A stretch of 64,000 nt of DNA from an uncultured delta proteobacterium (GCA_963743305.1 CAVUPH010000013.1:160001-224000), one strand, 5' to 3'. Counted from the stretch's first letter, positions 29,657-38,500 are shown. A program made the numbers and translations. The notes: a model not told the origin generated them from the sequence alone.

Positions 29657-30639
29657 TTGCCGAGGATCTGAAAGAGTTCAAGAAATTTACGCCCAAGACC
29701 CTTCCCCGGGAAGAACCCCTGGTCTCCGGTCACCGGGCCTGCCAGGGTTGCGGGGAAGTGCTGGCCTTGCGCCTGGTGGCCAAAGCCATCGGCACGCCCA
29801 TGATCGTCGTCAGCGCCACGGGCTGCATGGAGATCATTTCCTCCCCCTTTCCCCAGACCGCCTGGGACGTGCCTTGGCTCCACGTGGCCTTTGAAAACTC
29901 CGCCGCCGTGGCTTCCGGGGTCGAGGCCGGGTTGAAAATCCTGATGGAGAAAAAAAGGATCCCGCAAAAGTCGATCAACGTCGTGGCCTTTGCCGGGGAT
30001 GGGGGTACCGCCGATATCGGCCTTCAGTCCCTTTCCGGGGCCATGGAACGGGGCCATAATTTTGTGTATGTCTGCCTGGATAACGAAGCCTATATGAACA
30101 CCGGTATCCAGCGTTCCAGTTCCACCCCCTTCGGGGCCATGACCACCACCTCGCCGGCCGGCAAGGTGATCGCCGGGCAAACCACCTGGAAAAAGAATAT
30201 GCCGGCCATCATGGCGGCCCATAATATCCCTTACGTGGCCACGGCTTCGCCGGCCTTTTACCTGGACCTGATGAACAAGGCCAAAAAAGCCTCGATGATC
30301 AAAGGCCCGGCCTATCTCCATGTCTATGCCTCCTGCCCCACGGGCTGGCGGCACGGATCGGATCTGGCCATCGAAGTGAGCCGGAAGGTGGTGGAGACGA
30401 ATATCTTTCCCTTGTATGAAATTGAAGAAGGAAGATATACGGTCCGCAAGAATAACAATCCTAAACCGGTGGAGGAATATTTTAAACAGCAGCGGCGCTT
30501 CGCTCACCTGACGCCGGAGATGTTCAAGATGATCCAGGACCGAACGGACAGGGATTACCAACGCTTGCTACAGATGGAAGCTTTGACCAACCCGGCCGCC
30601 GTTAAAAAGGAAGAACCGAAGGAGAAAGCGGCCGGATAA
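29653..30639 (+). CDS. porB: Oxidoreductase beta subunit (TPP-binding)
   Basis: GHRACQGCG, GDGGTADIG, DNEAYMNTGIQRS, CPTGW. Confidence 0.93.
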   Translation: MIAEDLKEFKKFTPKTLPREEPLVSGHRACQGCGEVLALRLVAKAIGTPMIVVSATGCMEIISSPFPQTAWDVPWLHVAFENSAAVASGVEAGLKILMEKKRIPQKSINVVAFAGDGGTADIGLQSLSGAMERGHNFVYVCLDNEAYMNTGIQRSSSTPFGAMTTTSPAGKVIAGQTTWKKNMPAIMAAHNIPYVATASPAFYLDLMNKAKKASMIKGPAYLHVYASCPTGWRHGSDLAIEVSRKVVETNIFPLYEIEEGRYTVRKNNNPKPVEEYFKQQRRFAHLTPEMFKMIQDRTDRDYQRLLQMEALTNPAAVKKEEPKEKAAG

Positions 30640-30654
30640 GTAGGATTTTTAAGT

Positions 30655-30716
30655 TTCCCCGTAGCGCAGTCCCGCTTGCAGCGGGATTTCGCTAGTGCTC
30701 AACCGAGGGGGCGGAA
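30655..30716 (+). pseudogene. Decayed tRNA 5'-half-like fragment with a palindrome inserted at the D-loop position
   Basis: ttccccgtagcgcag-[tcccgcttgcagcggga]-tttcgctagtgc resembles tccccggtagctcag..ggtagagc of the neighbouring tRNA-Asn. Confidence 0.4.
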
Positions 30717-30744
30717 GAAAGAAAAGCAAGAGCGCAGCAAGTTA

Positions 30745-30910
30745 TTAACGGTCTCATAATAGAACCGACTACCTCGAGGTTCTCTTGTCGTCATTCCCGC
30801 AGCGCTTCTGGGCGGGAATCCAGCCTCGGTCTGGCACGATTCTGGATCCCCGACAAAGACACTCGGGGATGACGGTCGGTGGTATGTACAGACAATTATG
30901 AGACCCTTAA
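30745..30910. mobile_element. MITE-like element containing a CGTC-type REP doublet
   Basis: Terminal inverted repeats ttaacggtctcataat / attatgagacccttaa (15/16); internal cgtcattcccgc..gcgggaatccag ... ctggatccccg..cggggatgacg. Confidence 0.7.
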
Positions 30911-30928
30911 TATAACAACAATATAAAT

Positions 30929-31004
30929 TCCCCGGTAGCTCAGCCGGTAGAGCGGGTGGCTGTTAACCACTTGGTCGGCGGTTCGAATCCGTCCCGGGGA
31001 GCCA
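30929..31004 (+). tRNA. tRNA-Asn (GTT)
   Basis: TCCCCGG/CCGGGGA acceptor stem, GGTGG-CTGTTAA-CCACT anticodon arm, GGTTCGAATCC, GCCA end. Confidence 0.97.
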
Positions 31005-31012
31005 TTCGACGC

Positions 31013-31050
31013 GAAAAGGGTCCCTTTATGAAACAAGGGACCCTTTTCTT
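31013..31050 (+). terminator. Intrinsic terminator after tRNA-Asn
   Basis: gaaaagggtccctt-tatgaaac-aagggacccttttctt. Confidence 0.8.
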
Positions 31051-31052
31051 GT

Positions 31053-31150
31053 CTTTCGAGGACCTCAAGATCCCGAGTATTATCGAGGGACTCATGGCCT
31101 CCGGCCGATAAAGTCGTAAGCGGCGAATGGCCCTGAGCCTGTCGAAGGGC
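31053..31150. repeat. REP-like cluster left of the GIY-YIG gene
   Basis: cccgagtattatcgagggac (31072-31091) and cgaatggccctgagcctgtcgaagggc (31124-31150). Confidence 0.6.
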
Positions 31151-31177
31151 TACCCATCACCATTTATGAATTAAATT

Positions 31178-31486
31178 ATGCCTGAAATTGCATGGTTTTA
31201 TATCCTCAGACTACGTTCAGGAAAATTTTCCACCGGAGCTACCACTGACCTGGAACAGCGGTTCAAGGACCATCTTTGTGGTAATGCCTGCCGAACCACC
31301 CGATTGGATCCACCGGTTGCTTTGATTCATTCAGAAGAATGTCAAACATTTAGCGATGCCAGAAAGCGAGAGGCACAGATAAAACGTTGGTCCCGGGCAA
31401 AGAAGGAATCACTAATAGCTGGTGACCTTAATAAGTTAAACCAGTTGTCCAAAACAAAGTCAAAACAAGAGGGACGTAAGGATTAG
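31178..31486 (+). CDS. GIY-YIG nuclease family protein (UPF0213-like)
   Basis: WFYILRL..GKFSTGATTDLEQRFKDH..G, ARKREAQIKRWSRAKKE.LI; second motif Tyr replaced by Ser. Confidence 0.88.
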   Translation: MPEIAWFYILRLRSGKFSTGATTDLEQRFKDHLCGNACRTTRLDPPVALIHSEECQTFSDARKREAQIKRWSRAKKESLIAGDLNKLNQLSKTKSKQEGRKD

Positions 31487-31500
31487 GTTATAGATTTAGC

Positions 31501-31552
31501 GTCGAATGATCCTTGAGCCTACCCGAGTAGTATTGAGGGACGAGTCCAAAGG
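31501..31552. repeat. REP-like cluster right of the GIY-YIG gene
   Basis: cgaatgatccttgagcct plus cccgagtagtattgagggac (31522-31541; 18/20 identical to 31072-31091). Confidence 0.6.
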
Positions 31553-31650
31553 CCAAAATCCAGAAAATGACTCAATCCTTTTCCTGAAGCCAATTATTTT
31601 TTCTATTCCGCAATCCAAATTCCACAAAGTCCCCTGACCTGAAATCCCCC

Positions 31651-31685
31651 TTGACACCCTTTCTTCTTATTGTATGATATATCAT
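31651..31685 (+). promoter_or_regulatory. sigma70 promoter overlapped by a 12-bp palindromic operator candidate
   Basis: TTGACA-16 nt-TATGAT; ATGATATATCAT at 31674-31685. Confidence 0.55.
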
Positions 31686-31752
31686 CTGATGTACACTTTG
31701 TTATGAATATTGATTGGACCAAACCTCTCAGGTGCTTGAAAGGAGAGCGGCT

Positions 31753-31965
31753 TTGAGTACCCCGGTCGACATCCCCCGATTAGTCCGTGAGCTCCGAAAA
31801 CGAACGGGGCTCACCCAGGAGAAATTCGCGGCCAAGCTTGGTGTGACCTACCCAACCATCAACCGTTGGGAGAACGGTCGGGCTAAGCCGTCGCCGTTGG
31901 CCATGCAGAAGATCGATGATCTACTAGACAGCATGGGGGAGAAAGATGTTGGATTGCTGAAATGA
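31753..31965 (+). CDS. XRE-family helix-turn-helix regulator
   Basis: LRKRTGLTQEKFAAKLGVTYPTINRWENGRAKPS; AGGAG before TTG 31753. Confidence 0.9.
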   Translation: MSTPVDIPRLVRELRKRTGLTQEKFAAKLGVTYPTINRWENGRAKPSPLAMQKIDDLLDSMGEKDVGLLK

Positions 31966-32096
31966 CCTACTGGCGGTGTAAATTTGAGATGATCCGATGA
32001 CTAATTCGGGGAGAATAAGAAAATCAGCGCCAATTGAATGAAAAAATTATGTCGCCTCTTATGACGTCGAACAACTGGAAATTCGTAGAGGAGATA

Positions 32097-33302
32097 ATGA
32101 ACTACACAGATGAACAACTGGAAATACTCCTGGCAGATATCGAATCGGATCTTGCCGAGCGAAAGGAATCCTGGAAGGGTGACGCCCCGGAGACCGGACG
32201 GCAGGCCGCTTGCGCTTTTGCAAACGATTTGCCTGATCATCGACGGTCAGGGGTTCTTTTTATCGGAGCGAAGAACGATGGTTCAACCTCCCATTTGGAT
32301 ATCACAGATGAACTGTTGCGTACCCTTTCCGATATCAGGACAGATGGCAATACCCTGCCGCCACCTTCAATCGTTGTTGAAAAACGAAACCTCGGAGGAG
32401 CTGCCATGGCGGTCGTTATTGTTCTGCCTTCGGATACTCCGCCGGTCAGATATAAGGGAAGGATCTGGATTCGCACTGGGCCCCGCAGGTCTGTGGCCAC
32501 TCCCCAGGAAGAACGCATCCTGAATGAAAAGCGCCGCTACCGGGATCTCCCATTTGACATCCAGCCGCTTCCATCTTGCCCCTTGTCGGCGCTCAGTCGG
32601 ATTTTGTTCGAGCAGGAGTATTTGCCCAATGCCTTTGCCCCGGATGTGGTAGCAACAAACGAACGATCTTACGAACAGAAGCTCGCTTCGTGCCGAATGA
32701 TTGCCGCCGTAGACGATCCTGTCCCGACGATACTGGGCGTACTGGTCCTGGGCGTATCGCCACGGGATTGGATCCCCGGTGCCTATACACAATTCCTTCG
32801 GATTGCCGGAACAGAGGTTAGCGATCCGATCCAGGACGAGTCTCTTATAGACGGTGCTTTGGGACAGGTTTTACGTCGCATTGACGAAAAGATCGATTCA
32901 CATAATCGCCGCCAAGTCGACATTTCATCGGCTGATCGGGAAATTCGCACGGCTCCCTATCCGCGTGTGGCGCTTCAGCAGTTGATTCGCAATGCGGTCA
33001 TGCACCGCACCTACGAAAACACCAACGCGCCCGTCCGCGTCCATTGGTTCGACGACCGTATAGAAATCATTAATCCGGGAGGACCGTTCGGGGTGGTCAC
33101 CCGGGAAAACTTTGGCCGCCCCGGCATTACCGATTATCGGAACCCAAATCTTGCAGATGCCATGAAAGTCATGGGTTTCGTTCAGCGTTTCGGCATAGGC
33201 ATCCAGACCGCAAGGGCGGAGATGAAAAAAAATGGCAATCCCGATATCGAATTCCAAATTGAACCGTTGACCGTGCTCGCTACGGTCAGGAGGCGCCCAT
33301 GA
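32097..33302 (+). CDS. AlbA_2 (Schlafen-like) + HATPase_c_4 domain protein
   Basis: ESDLAERKE, CAFAND..GVLFIGAKNDG; YPRVALQQLIRNAVMHRTY, FDDRIEIINPGG, YRNPNLA, VQRFGIGI; GAGGAG RBS. Confidence 0.85.
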   Translation: MNYTDEQLEILLADIESDLAERKESWKGDAPETGRQAACAFANDLPDHRRSGVLFIGAKNDGSTSHLDITDELLRTLSDIRTDGNTLPPPSIVVEKRNLGGAAMAVVIVLPSDTPPVRYKGRIWIRTGPRRSVATPQEERILNEKRRYRDLPFDIQPLPSCPLSALSRILFEQEYLPNAFAPDVVATNERSYEQKLASCRMIAAVDDPVPTILGVLVLGVSPRDWIPGAYTQFLRIAGTEVSDPIQDESLIDGALGQVLRRIDEKIDSHNRRQVDISSADREIRTAPYPRVALQQLIRNAVMHRTYENTNAPVRVHWFDDRIEIINPGGPFGVVTRENFGRPGITDYRNPNLADAMKVMGFVQRFGIGIQTARAEMKKNGNPDIEFQIEPLTVLATVRRRP

Positions 33303-34321
33303 GTGTTCCGGTACTGACTTTTTTCAATAACAAAGGCGGTGTGGGCAAAACATCCCTCGTGTATCACCTGGCCTGGATGTTTTCCGAACTCGACCATACG
33401 GTTGTCGCTGTTGATCTTGATGCCCAAGCCAATTTGACCGCAGCCTATCTCGATGAAGACGAGCTTGAGCAACTGTGGGAAAACGTAAAAGAGCCAACAA
33501 CGATTTACCGGGCCATAGAACCGCTCACCCAGGTAGGGGATATAGTTAAGCCCCATGTCGAAAAAGTGACGCAAGGCCTATATTTAATTCCCGGGGATGT
33601 GGCATTGGCATCATTTGAGGATTTATTGTCCGAATCTTGGCCTAAGAGCATGGGTGATCCCAATTTGTATCGCTATTTTCGTATTCTGACGGCGTTCTGG
33701 CAAGTCGCACAAATGACGGCCCAACAGGTAGGCGCCGATATCATCCTGATGGATGTCGGTCCCAACCTCGGGGCTATTAACCGGTCGGCCTTAATCGCTT
33801 CCGATTATGTTGCTATCCCCTTGGGAGCTGATCTTTTTTCTCTCCAGGGATTAATAAACCTGGGCCCGACGCTTCGTTCGTGGCGCGAAGGCTGGAAAAA
33901 ACGGATAGATAATTGGAAATCCCCCGAATTTGACCTTCCTCAGGGGCGCATGAAACCGCTTGGTTATATCGTACAGCAACATAGTGTCCGGCTCAGTCGA
34001 CCGGTCAAGGCCTATGACAAATGGGTTAACCGTATCCCGGCTGTTTATCATGAAGCGGTGCTCCAGAATTCCACCACCGCGGCTACCCCAACGCAAGATG
34101 AGGAATGCCTGGCCACATTGAAACATTTTCGCAGCCTGATACCGATGGGGCAGGAAGCGCGCAAACCCATATTTCACCTAACATCCGCCGATGGCGCCAT
34201 TGGAAGTCACGCCCAGGCAGTCCAAGAGGCTTACAAAGACTTTAAACTACTCATGGAAAGATTGCTCGAACGAATGGAAAAGATAACGCCCGCCCTTAGA
34301 AACCATAGCCGAAAGGTTTAG
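33299..34321 (+). CDS. Orphan ParA/Soj-family ATPase
   Basis: FFNNKGGVGKT deviant Walker A, VDLDAQANLT, MDVGPNLG; ATGA overlap with the upstream gene. Confidence 0.9.
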   Translation: MSVPVLTFFNNKGGVGKTSLVYHLAWMFSELDHTVVAVDLDAQANLTAAYLDEDELEQLWENVKEPTTIYRAIEPLTQVGDIVKPHVEKVTQGLYLIPGDVALASFEDLLSESWPKSMGDPNLYRYFRILTAFWQVAQMTAQQVGADIILMDVGPNLGAINRSALIASDYVAIPLGADLFSLQGLINLGPTLRSWREGWKKRIDNWKSPEFDLPQGRMKPLGYIVQQHSVRLSRPVKAYDKWVNRIPAVYHEAVLQNSTTAATPTQDEECLATLKHFRSLIPMGQEARKPIFHLTSADGAIGSHAQAVQEAYKDFKLLMERLLERMEKITPALRNHSRKV

Positions 34322-34467
34322 GCGCTTGGAACGAAATACGGCCGCTCAGAACCCTAAAGAAGCATCCCCCATCATTTACCAAATGAAATCAACGAAATAA
34401 ACTTCAATCCCAAGACCCAACTAATCTCTTTGACGAATTCGAAGATTTCAGATCAGAAAGCAACTCT

Positions 34468-35391
34468 ATGCTCAACCTCCTCAAAAACCGCGACTTCCTC
34501 CTGATCCTCTCCATCGTCCTGGGTCTGTCCCTGGGCCAGGGTGCCCAATGGACCCGGGACCTGGTGATCCCCGGTCTGGCGGTGATCATGACCCTGGCCG
34601 TCATGGGCATCCCGGGAAGTGTCTTTCGCTCTCCGCGCTCCCTGGTTATCCCGACCCTGGCCGGACTGCTTTTGAATTATGGGGTTCAGGGCGGAGTGGT
34701 GCTGGGTCTCAGCGCCCTGCTGATCAAGGAAGAGGCCCTCCGGGCCGGATTCGTCATGGTGGCGGCCGCCCCGCCGGCCGTGGCGGTGATCCCCTTCACC
34801 GTGCTGTTAAAAGGGGATGGTCCATTTTCCCTGATCGCCACCGTCGGCTGCTATCTGGCCGCCCTGATCCTGATGCCTTTGATCACTTTCGGAATGCTGG
34901 GTCCCGGCTTTGCCAGCCATGAAAAACTGGTCTGGATCATGGTGGAACTGATCTTGGCCCCGCTGCTGATTTCCCGGGTGCTGCGCTGGTCGGGGCTTGC
35001 GGAAAAACTGGTACCCTTCAAGGGGGCGCTCACCAACTGGGGTTTTTTCCTGGTCACTTACACTATTGTCGGCCTGAACCGGGCCGTATTTATTAACCGC
35101 CCGCTGAGCATTCTACCCGTGTTTCTGGTGGCCCTGGCCGCCATCTTTCTGCTGGGCTGGACCATAGAGAGAGTGGGGCGGCTCTTCAAAATCGATCCCC
35201 GAAAACGGCTGAGCTTGGTCCTGTTAGGGACCCACAAAAATACCGGCCTGGCCGCCGGTCTGGCCCTGACCCTGCTCGGCGAGCGGACGGCCCTGCCGGC
35301 TACCGTTTCCACGGTTTTCATGATCGTGTATGTCGTCTGGTTGAGTATCAAACAGCGGCGATTTAGTTTGAAGGGGAAACCTCCACCTTGA
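34468..35391 (+). CDS. Bile acid:sodium symporter-like membrane transporter
   Basis: About 9-10 TM helices, AAAPPAVAV, KNTGLAAGLA. Confidence 0.7.
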   Translation: MLNLLKNRDFLLILSIVLGLSLGQGAQWTRDLVIPGLAVIMTLAVMGIPGSVFRSPRSLVIPTLAGLLLNYGVQGGVVLGLSALLIKEEALRAGFVMVAAAPPAVAVIPFTVLLKGDGPFSLIATVGCYLAALILMPLITFGMLGPGFASHEKLVWIMVELILAPLLISRVLRWSGLAEKLVPFKGALTNWGFFLVTYTIVGLNRAVFINRPLSILPVFLVALAAIFLLGWTIERVGRLFKIDPRKRLSLVLLGTHKNTGLAAGLALTLLGERTALPATVSTVFMIVYVVWLSIKQRRFSLKGKPPP

Positions 35392-35609
35392 AATCATTCA
35401 AATAAAACGTTAATATAAGGGTTGGTATGAAAATGACCGGCAATTGTCATTCGTGGGTGCCCGCCCCCGGGCATGGGGGTTTAGTACGAAAATAGCTTTC
35501 CAATCTCAACAGCGCTCAGACCCTCCCCCTTGGGTTTTTTCATGCTTCGTGGGTGGCCGTAAGCGGCCATGGGGTTAGTGCGATATTACGGAGAATTTCA
35601 GGGGGATTA

Positions 35610-36230
35610 ATGAAGATAAAAATCGGCGTTATGGGGCATGCCGGCTCGGATTTACCGGAAAGAGAGAAACAACTAGCCTTTGAGCTGGGAATGGCCATTG
35701 CCGAACAGGATGCAATTACCATTACCGGGGCCTGTCCCGGCTACCCTTTGGAGGCGGCCAGAGGGGCGGCCAGTGGGGGCGGGCTGGTGATCGGGATCTC
35801 CCCGGGACTCAGCCTCTGGGAACACCTGCACAAATATCATTCTCCCACCGAGCATCATGATGTGCTGATCTTCACCGGCAGCGGACTCATGGGCCGAGAG
35901 GTGGTCAACATCCGCAGTTCGGATATGGTGGTCATTGTCGGGGGGAAGTCCGGGACCTTGGGGGAATTCGCCATTGCCTACGATGAGGGCAAGCTGATCG
36001 GGATCCTGATGGGCACCGGGGGCATTACCACGGAAATCAAGCACCTGGTTCGGATCGTCCGGAAAGATACCGGGTCCAAGGTCCTTTACGACCATGAACC
36101 CCGGCGGCTCATTCGACGGCTTTGGAAGTATTACCACCGGGAACATTTCAAGCATCCCTCCTGTTTTCGCGACGATCAGCAATATGCAGAAACCGACGGA
36201 GAAACCCCGGATCGGTTAAAGGAGGGATAG
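35610..36230 (+). CDS. LOG/SLOG-family (TIGR00725-like) nucleotide-binding protein
   Basis: KIGVMG, ITGACPGYP, VIGISP, TGSGLMGRE, GGKSGTLGE. Confidence 0.8.
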   Translation: MKIKIGVMGHAGSDLPEREKQLAFELGMAIAEQDAITITGACPGYPLEAARGAASGGGLVIGISPGLSLWEHLHKYHSPTEHHDVLIFTGSGLMGREVVNIRSSDMVVIVGGKSGTLGEFAIAYDEGKLIGILMGTGGITTEIKHLVRIVRKDTGSKVLYDHEPRRLIRRLWKYYHREHFKHPSCFRDDQQYAETDGETPDRLKEG

Positions 36231-36236
36231 ATTTCA

Positions 36237-37196
36237 ATGAATTCCGGTCCTCCTTTTTTTCCCATCGCGGTTTATTGGGCACATGTTCAAAACGTAAGTT
36301 TTCACGATTCCCTCGCCGGAGTGATTCTGATCGGTTTTCTCGTGGGGATTTTCGTAGGATTCTTCGGGATTGCCGGGCGATTTCTCCTGCCCCCCTTTTT
36401 GAACAGCTTCTTCAATTTTCCCTTCAACGTGGCGGTCGGGAGCGACCTGGGGCAGATGCTGGGCACCTCCACCTTGAATCTGATGAAGTTCAAAGGACTC
36501 CACAACGTGGACTATAAATTGGGTGGGTTCATGCTGATCGGCACCGTGGCCGGGGTGGAGGGCGGGGCCCAGATCATGGAGTGGTTGAAGCGTTCCGGTT
36601 CTTTTCTTGTTTTGGGCCGCTCCATACAGTATCTGGATCTGGTCCTGAGTATTTTCTATGTGGCCCTGCTGTTCTGGATTGGTCTCGTGGTTTACCGGGA
36701 ATCCCGGGGGGCCTCCGGCAGCGAAGGGGAGGGCGGCTTTTTCCCCGTCGAACCCACGGCCTTGACGGCCAAACTGCAGCATCTGCGCCTTCCGCCCATG
36801 ATCGCTCTGCCGGTCTCGGGTATCGAATCGATCTCCTTATGGATTATTATGCTGGTGGGCCTGATCACCGGACTGCTGGTGGGCCTGCTGGGAGTGGGAG
36901 GGGCCTTTATCCGTCTGCCCGCTTTTATCTATCTCATCGGTTGCCCGATGGTGGTGGCCATCGGCACGGATTTTTTCGAAAACCTGTTCTCCATGGGCTA
37001 TGGCACCTTCACTCACTCGATGAAGGGCAACGTGGACCTTCTCCTGGTGCTGGTCCTCCTGGTCACCGTGGTGCTGGGAAGTCAAATCGGCATCGGGCTG
37101 GCTCGGAGGATTCACCAGATCAAAATCAGGGTAGGCTTTGCCTATATCGCCTTGGTTGCCGTTCTATTGATCCTTCTCAAACTTCTGTGGTTGTGA
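36237..37196 (+). CDS. Sulfite exporter TauE/SafE-family protein
   Basis: GFFGIAG, AVGSDL, NVDYKLG; second repeat GLLGVGGAFI..P, AIGTD, GNVD. Confidence 0.85.
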   Translation: MNSGPPFFPIAVYWAHVQNVSFHDSLAGVILIGFLVGIFVGFFGIAGRFLLPPFLNSFFNFPFNVAVGSDLGQMLGTSTLNLMKFKGLHNVDYKLGGFMLIGTVAGVEGGAQIMEWLKRSGSFLVLGRSIQYLDLVLSIFYVALLFWIGLVVYRESRGASGSEGEGGFFPVEPTALTAKLQHLRLPPMIALPVSGIESISLWIIMLVGLITGLLVGLLGVGGAFIRLPAFIYLIGCPMVVAIGTDFFENLFSMGYGTFTHSMKGNVDLLLVLVLLVTVVLGSQIGIGLARRIHQIKIRVGFAYIALVAVLLILLKLLWL

Positions 37197-37200
37197 GATC

Positions 37201-38418
37201 ATGTTAGCTATTCTCGCTCAAATTCCGTCATTTTGGTTTCGTCATTCTAATTTCAGCTTTAAATTCTTTGGGGTCATGCTTGTTCTATTTCTGACGGGTT
37301 GTGGTATCCGACAGACCATTCCCCCGGCCTCACCGCGAGGAGTTCCTGATGGCCTGAAACCGGGAGACATCCTGGAGACCCGGACCGGACAGGTCATCTC
37401 CCCCGAAGTCCTGCTGGAGCGATTGGAGGAAGCCCGGGTCGTTTATATCGGGGAAACCCATACCCGTCCGGAAGATCATCAAATCCAGGAATGGATTTTA
37501 AAAGGTCTCTACAATCGTCATCCCTCCTGGGCATTGGCCCTGGAGATGTTTCCCCGGGTAGTCCAGCCTCTTCTGGACCATTTTTCCCAGGGGGAAGAAA
37601 CGGAAGAGGATTTCCTTCGGAAAGTGGACTGGGAGGAGATTTGGGGGTATCCTTTTCAACTCTACCGCCCCATGGTCCTGTTCGCTAAGGAAAAGAGACT
37701 TCCCCTGATCGGCTTGAATGCTCCCCGAGAGGTGGTCGATAAAATTGCCCGTCAAGGTCTGTCCGGACTTAATTCCGAAGAGCGGAGGCAGGTAGCAAAG
37801 ACTATTTTGACCAATCAACCGGGAGACCGGGAGTACGTTTTAGAAGAATATGAAAGCCATCTCAAGGGGAGTATCAAGGATTTTGAGACTTTTTATGAAG
37901 CCCAGTTGGCCTGGGAAGAGACTATGGCCGAAAGCCTGGTTGACGCGCTGAAGGCGTTGCCGGAGACCTCTCGAATTGTTGTTTTGATCGGGAAGGGCCA
38001 TATCTGGGAGGGACGGGGGGTACCCCGTGATGCCTGGAGACGCCTGGCCCACCCATACCGGACCGTCATCCCGCTTTCGGTAGATTATTTCTTTCGCCCG
38101 CTGGAATCCGCGCCGGCGGACTACCTGTGGATCACGGCGGCCCTTCCCAAGTCCCATCGACCCATCCTGGGAATTACAATCCGGATGTTGCCCGGGGGAG
38201 AGGGAATTGCCATCGGCGAATTGACCGCCGGCGGGAGGGCGGAGAAGGCCGGGTTTCAAAAAGGGGATGTGATCAAAAAGGTGAACGGGACCCCGATCCG
38301 GACCCTGGAGGACCTGCATCGAGCCCTGTCCGATAAGACCCCCTTCAAACGATTCGGGATCCACCGGGATGGCCGGGAAATGGAAATTCCGGTGGAATGG
38401 GGAACGAAAAATCCTTGA
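37201..38418 (+). CDS. ChaN-family lipoprotein with C-terminal PDZ domain
   Basis: Lipobox LTGC, VYIGETH...DHQIQ, LALEMF, AQLAWEETMA, GKGH; AEKAGFQKGDVIKKVNG; start may be further downstream. Confidence 0.85.
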   Translation: MLAILAQIPSFWFRHSNFSFKFFGVMLVLFLTGCGIRQTIPPASPRGVPDGLKPGDILETRTGQVISPEVLLERLEEARVVYIGETHTRPEDHQIQEWILKGLYNRHPSWALALEMFPRVVQPLLDHFSQGEETEEDFLRKVDWEEIWGYPFQLYRPMVLFAKEKRLPLIGLNAPREVVDKIARQGLSGLNSEERRQVAKTILTNQPGDREYVLEEYESHLKGSIKDFETFYEAQLAWEETMAESLVDALKALPETSRIVVLIGKGHIWEGRGVPRDAWRRLAHPYRTVIPLSVDYFFRPLESAPADYLWITAALPKSHRPILGITIRMLPGGEGIAIGELTAGGRAEKAGFQKGDVIKKVNGTPIRTLEDLHRALSDKTPFKRFGIHRDGREMEIPVEWGTKNP

Positions 38419-38442
38419 CAGAAAAGGCTAATCAAGTAATAT
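38415..38442 (+). promoter_or_regulatory. Putative sigma70 promoter of the liv operon
   Basis: TTGACA-16 nt-TAATAT. Confidence 0.45.
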
Positions 38443-38500
38443 TATTAAGTTTAAGTTTTTATAGGGGCATTATTCAATAACTTTTTGCAAGGAGGGTATT

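Noticed and set aside
33299-34321. ParA as a plasmid or chromosome partition system
   Set aside because: No parB, parS or replication genes nearby
31005-34460. Integrative element or prophage at tRNA-Asn
   Set aside because: No integrase, no duplicated tRNA 3' end (attR) found, no phage genes
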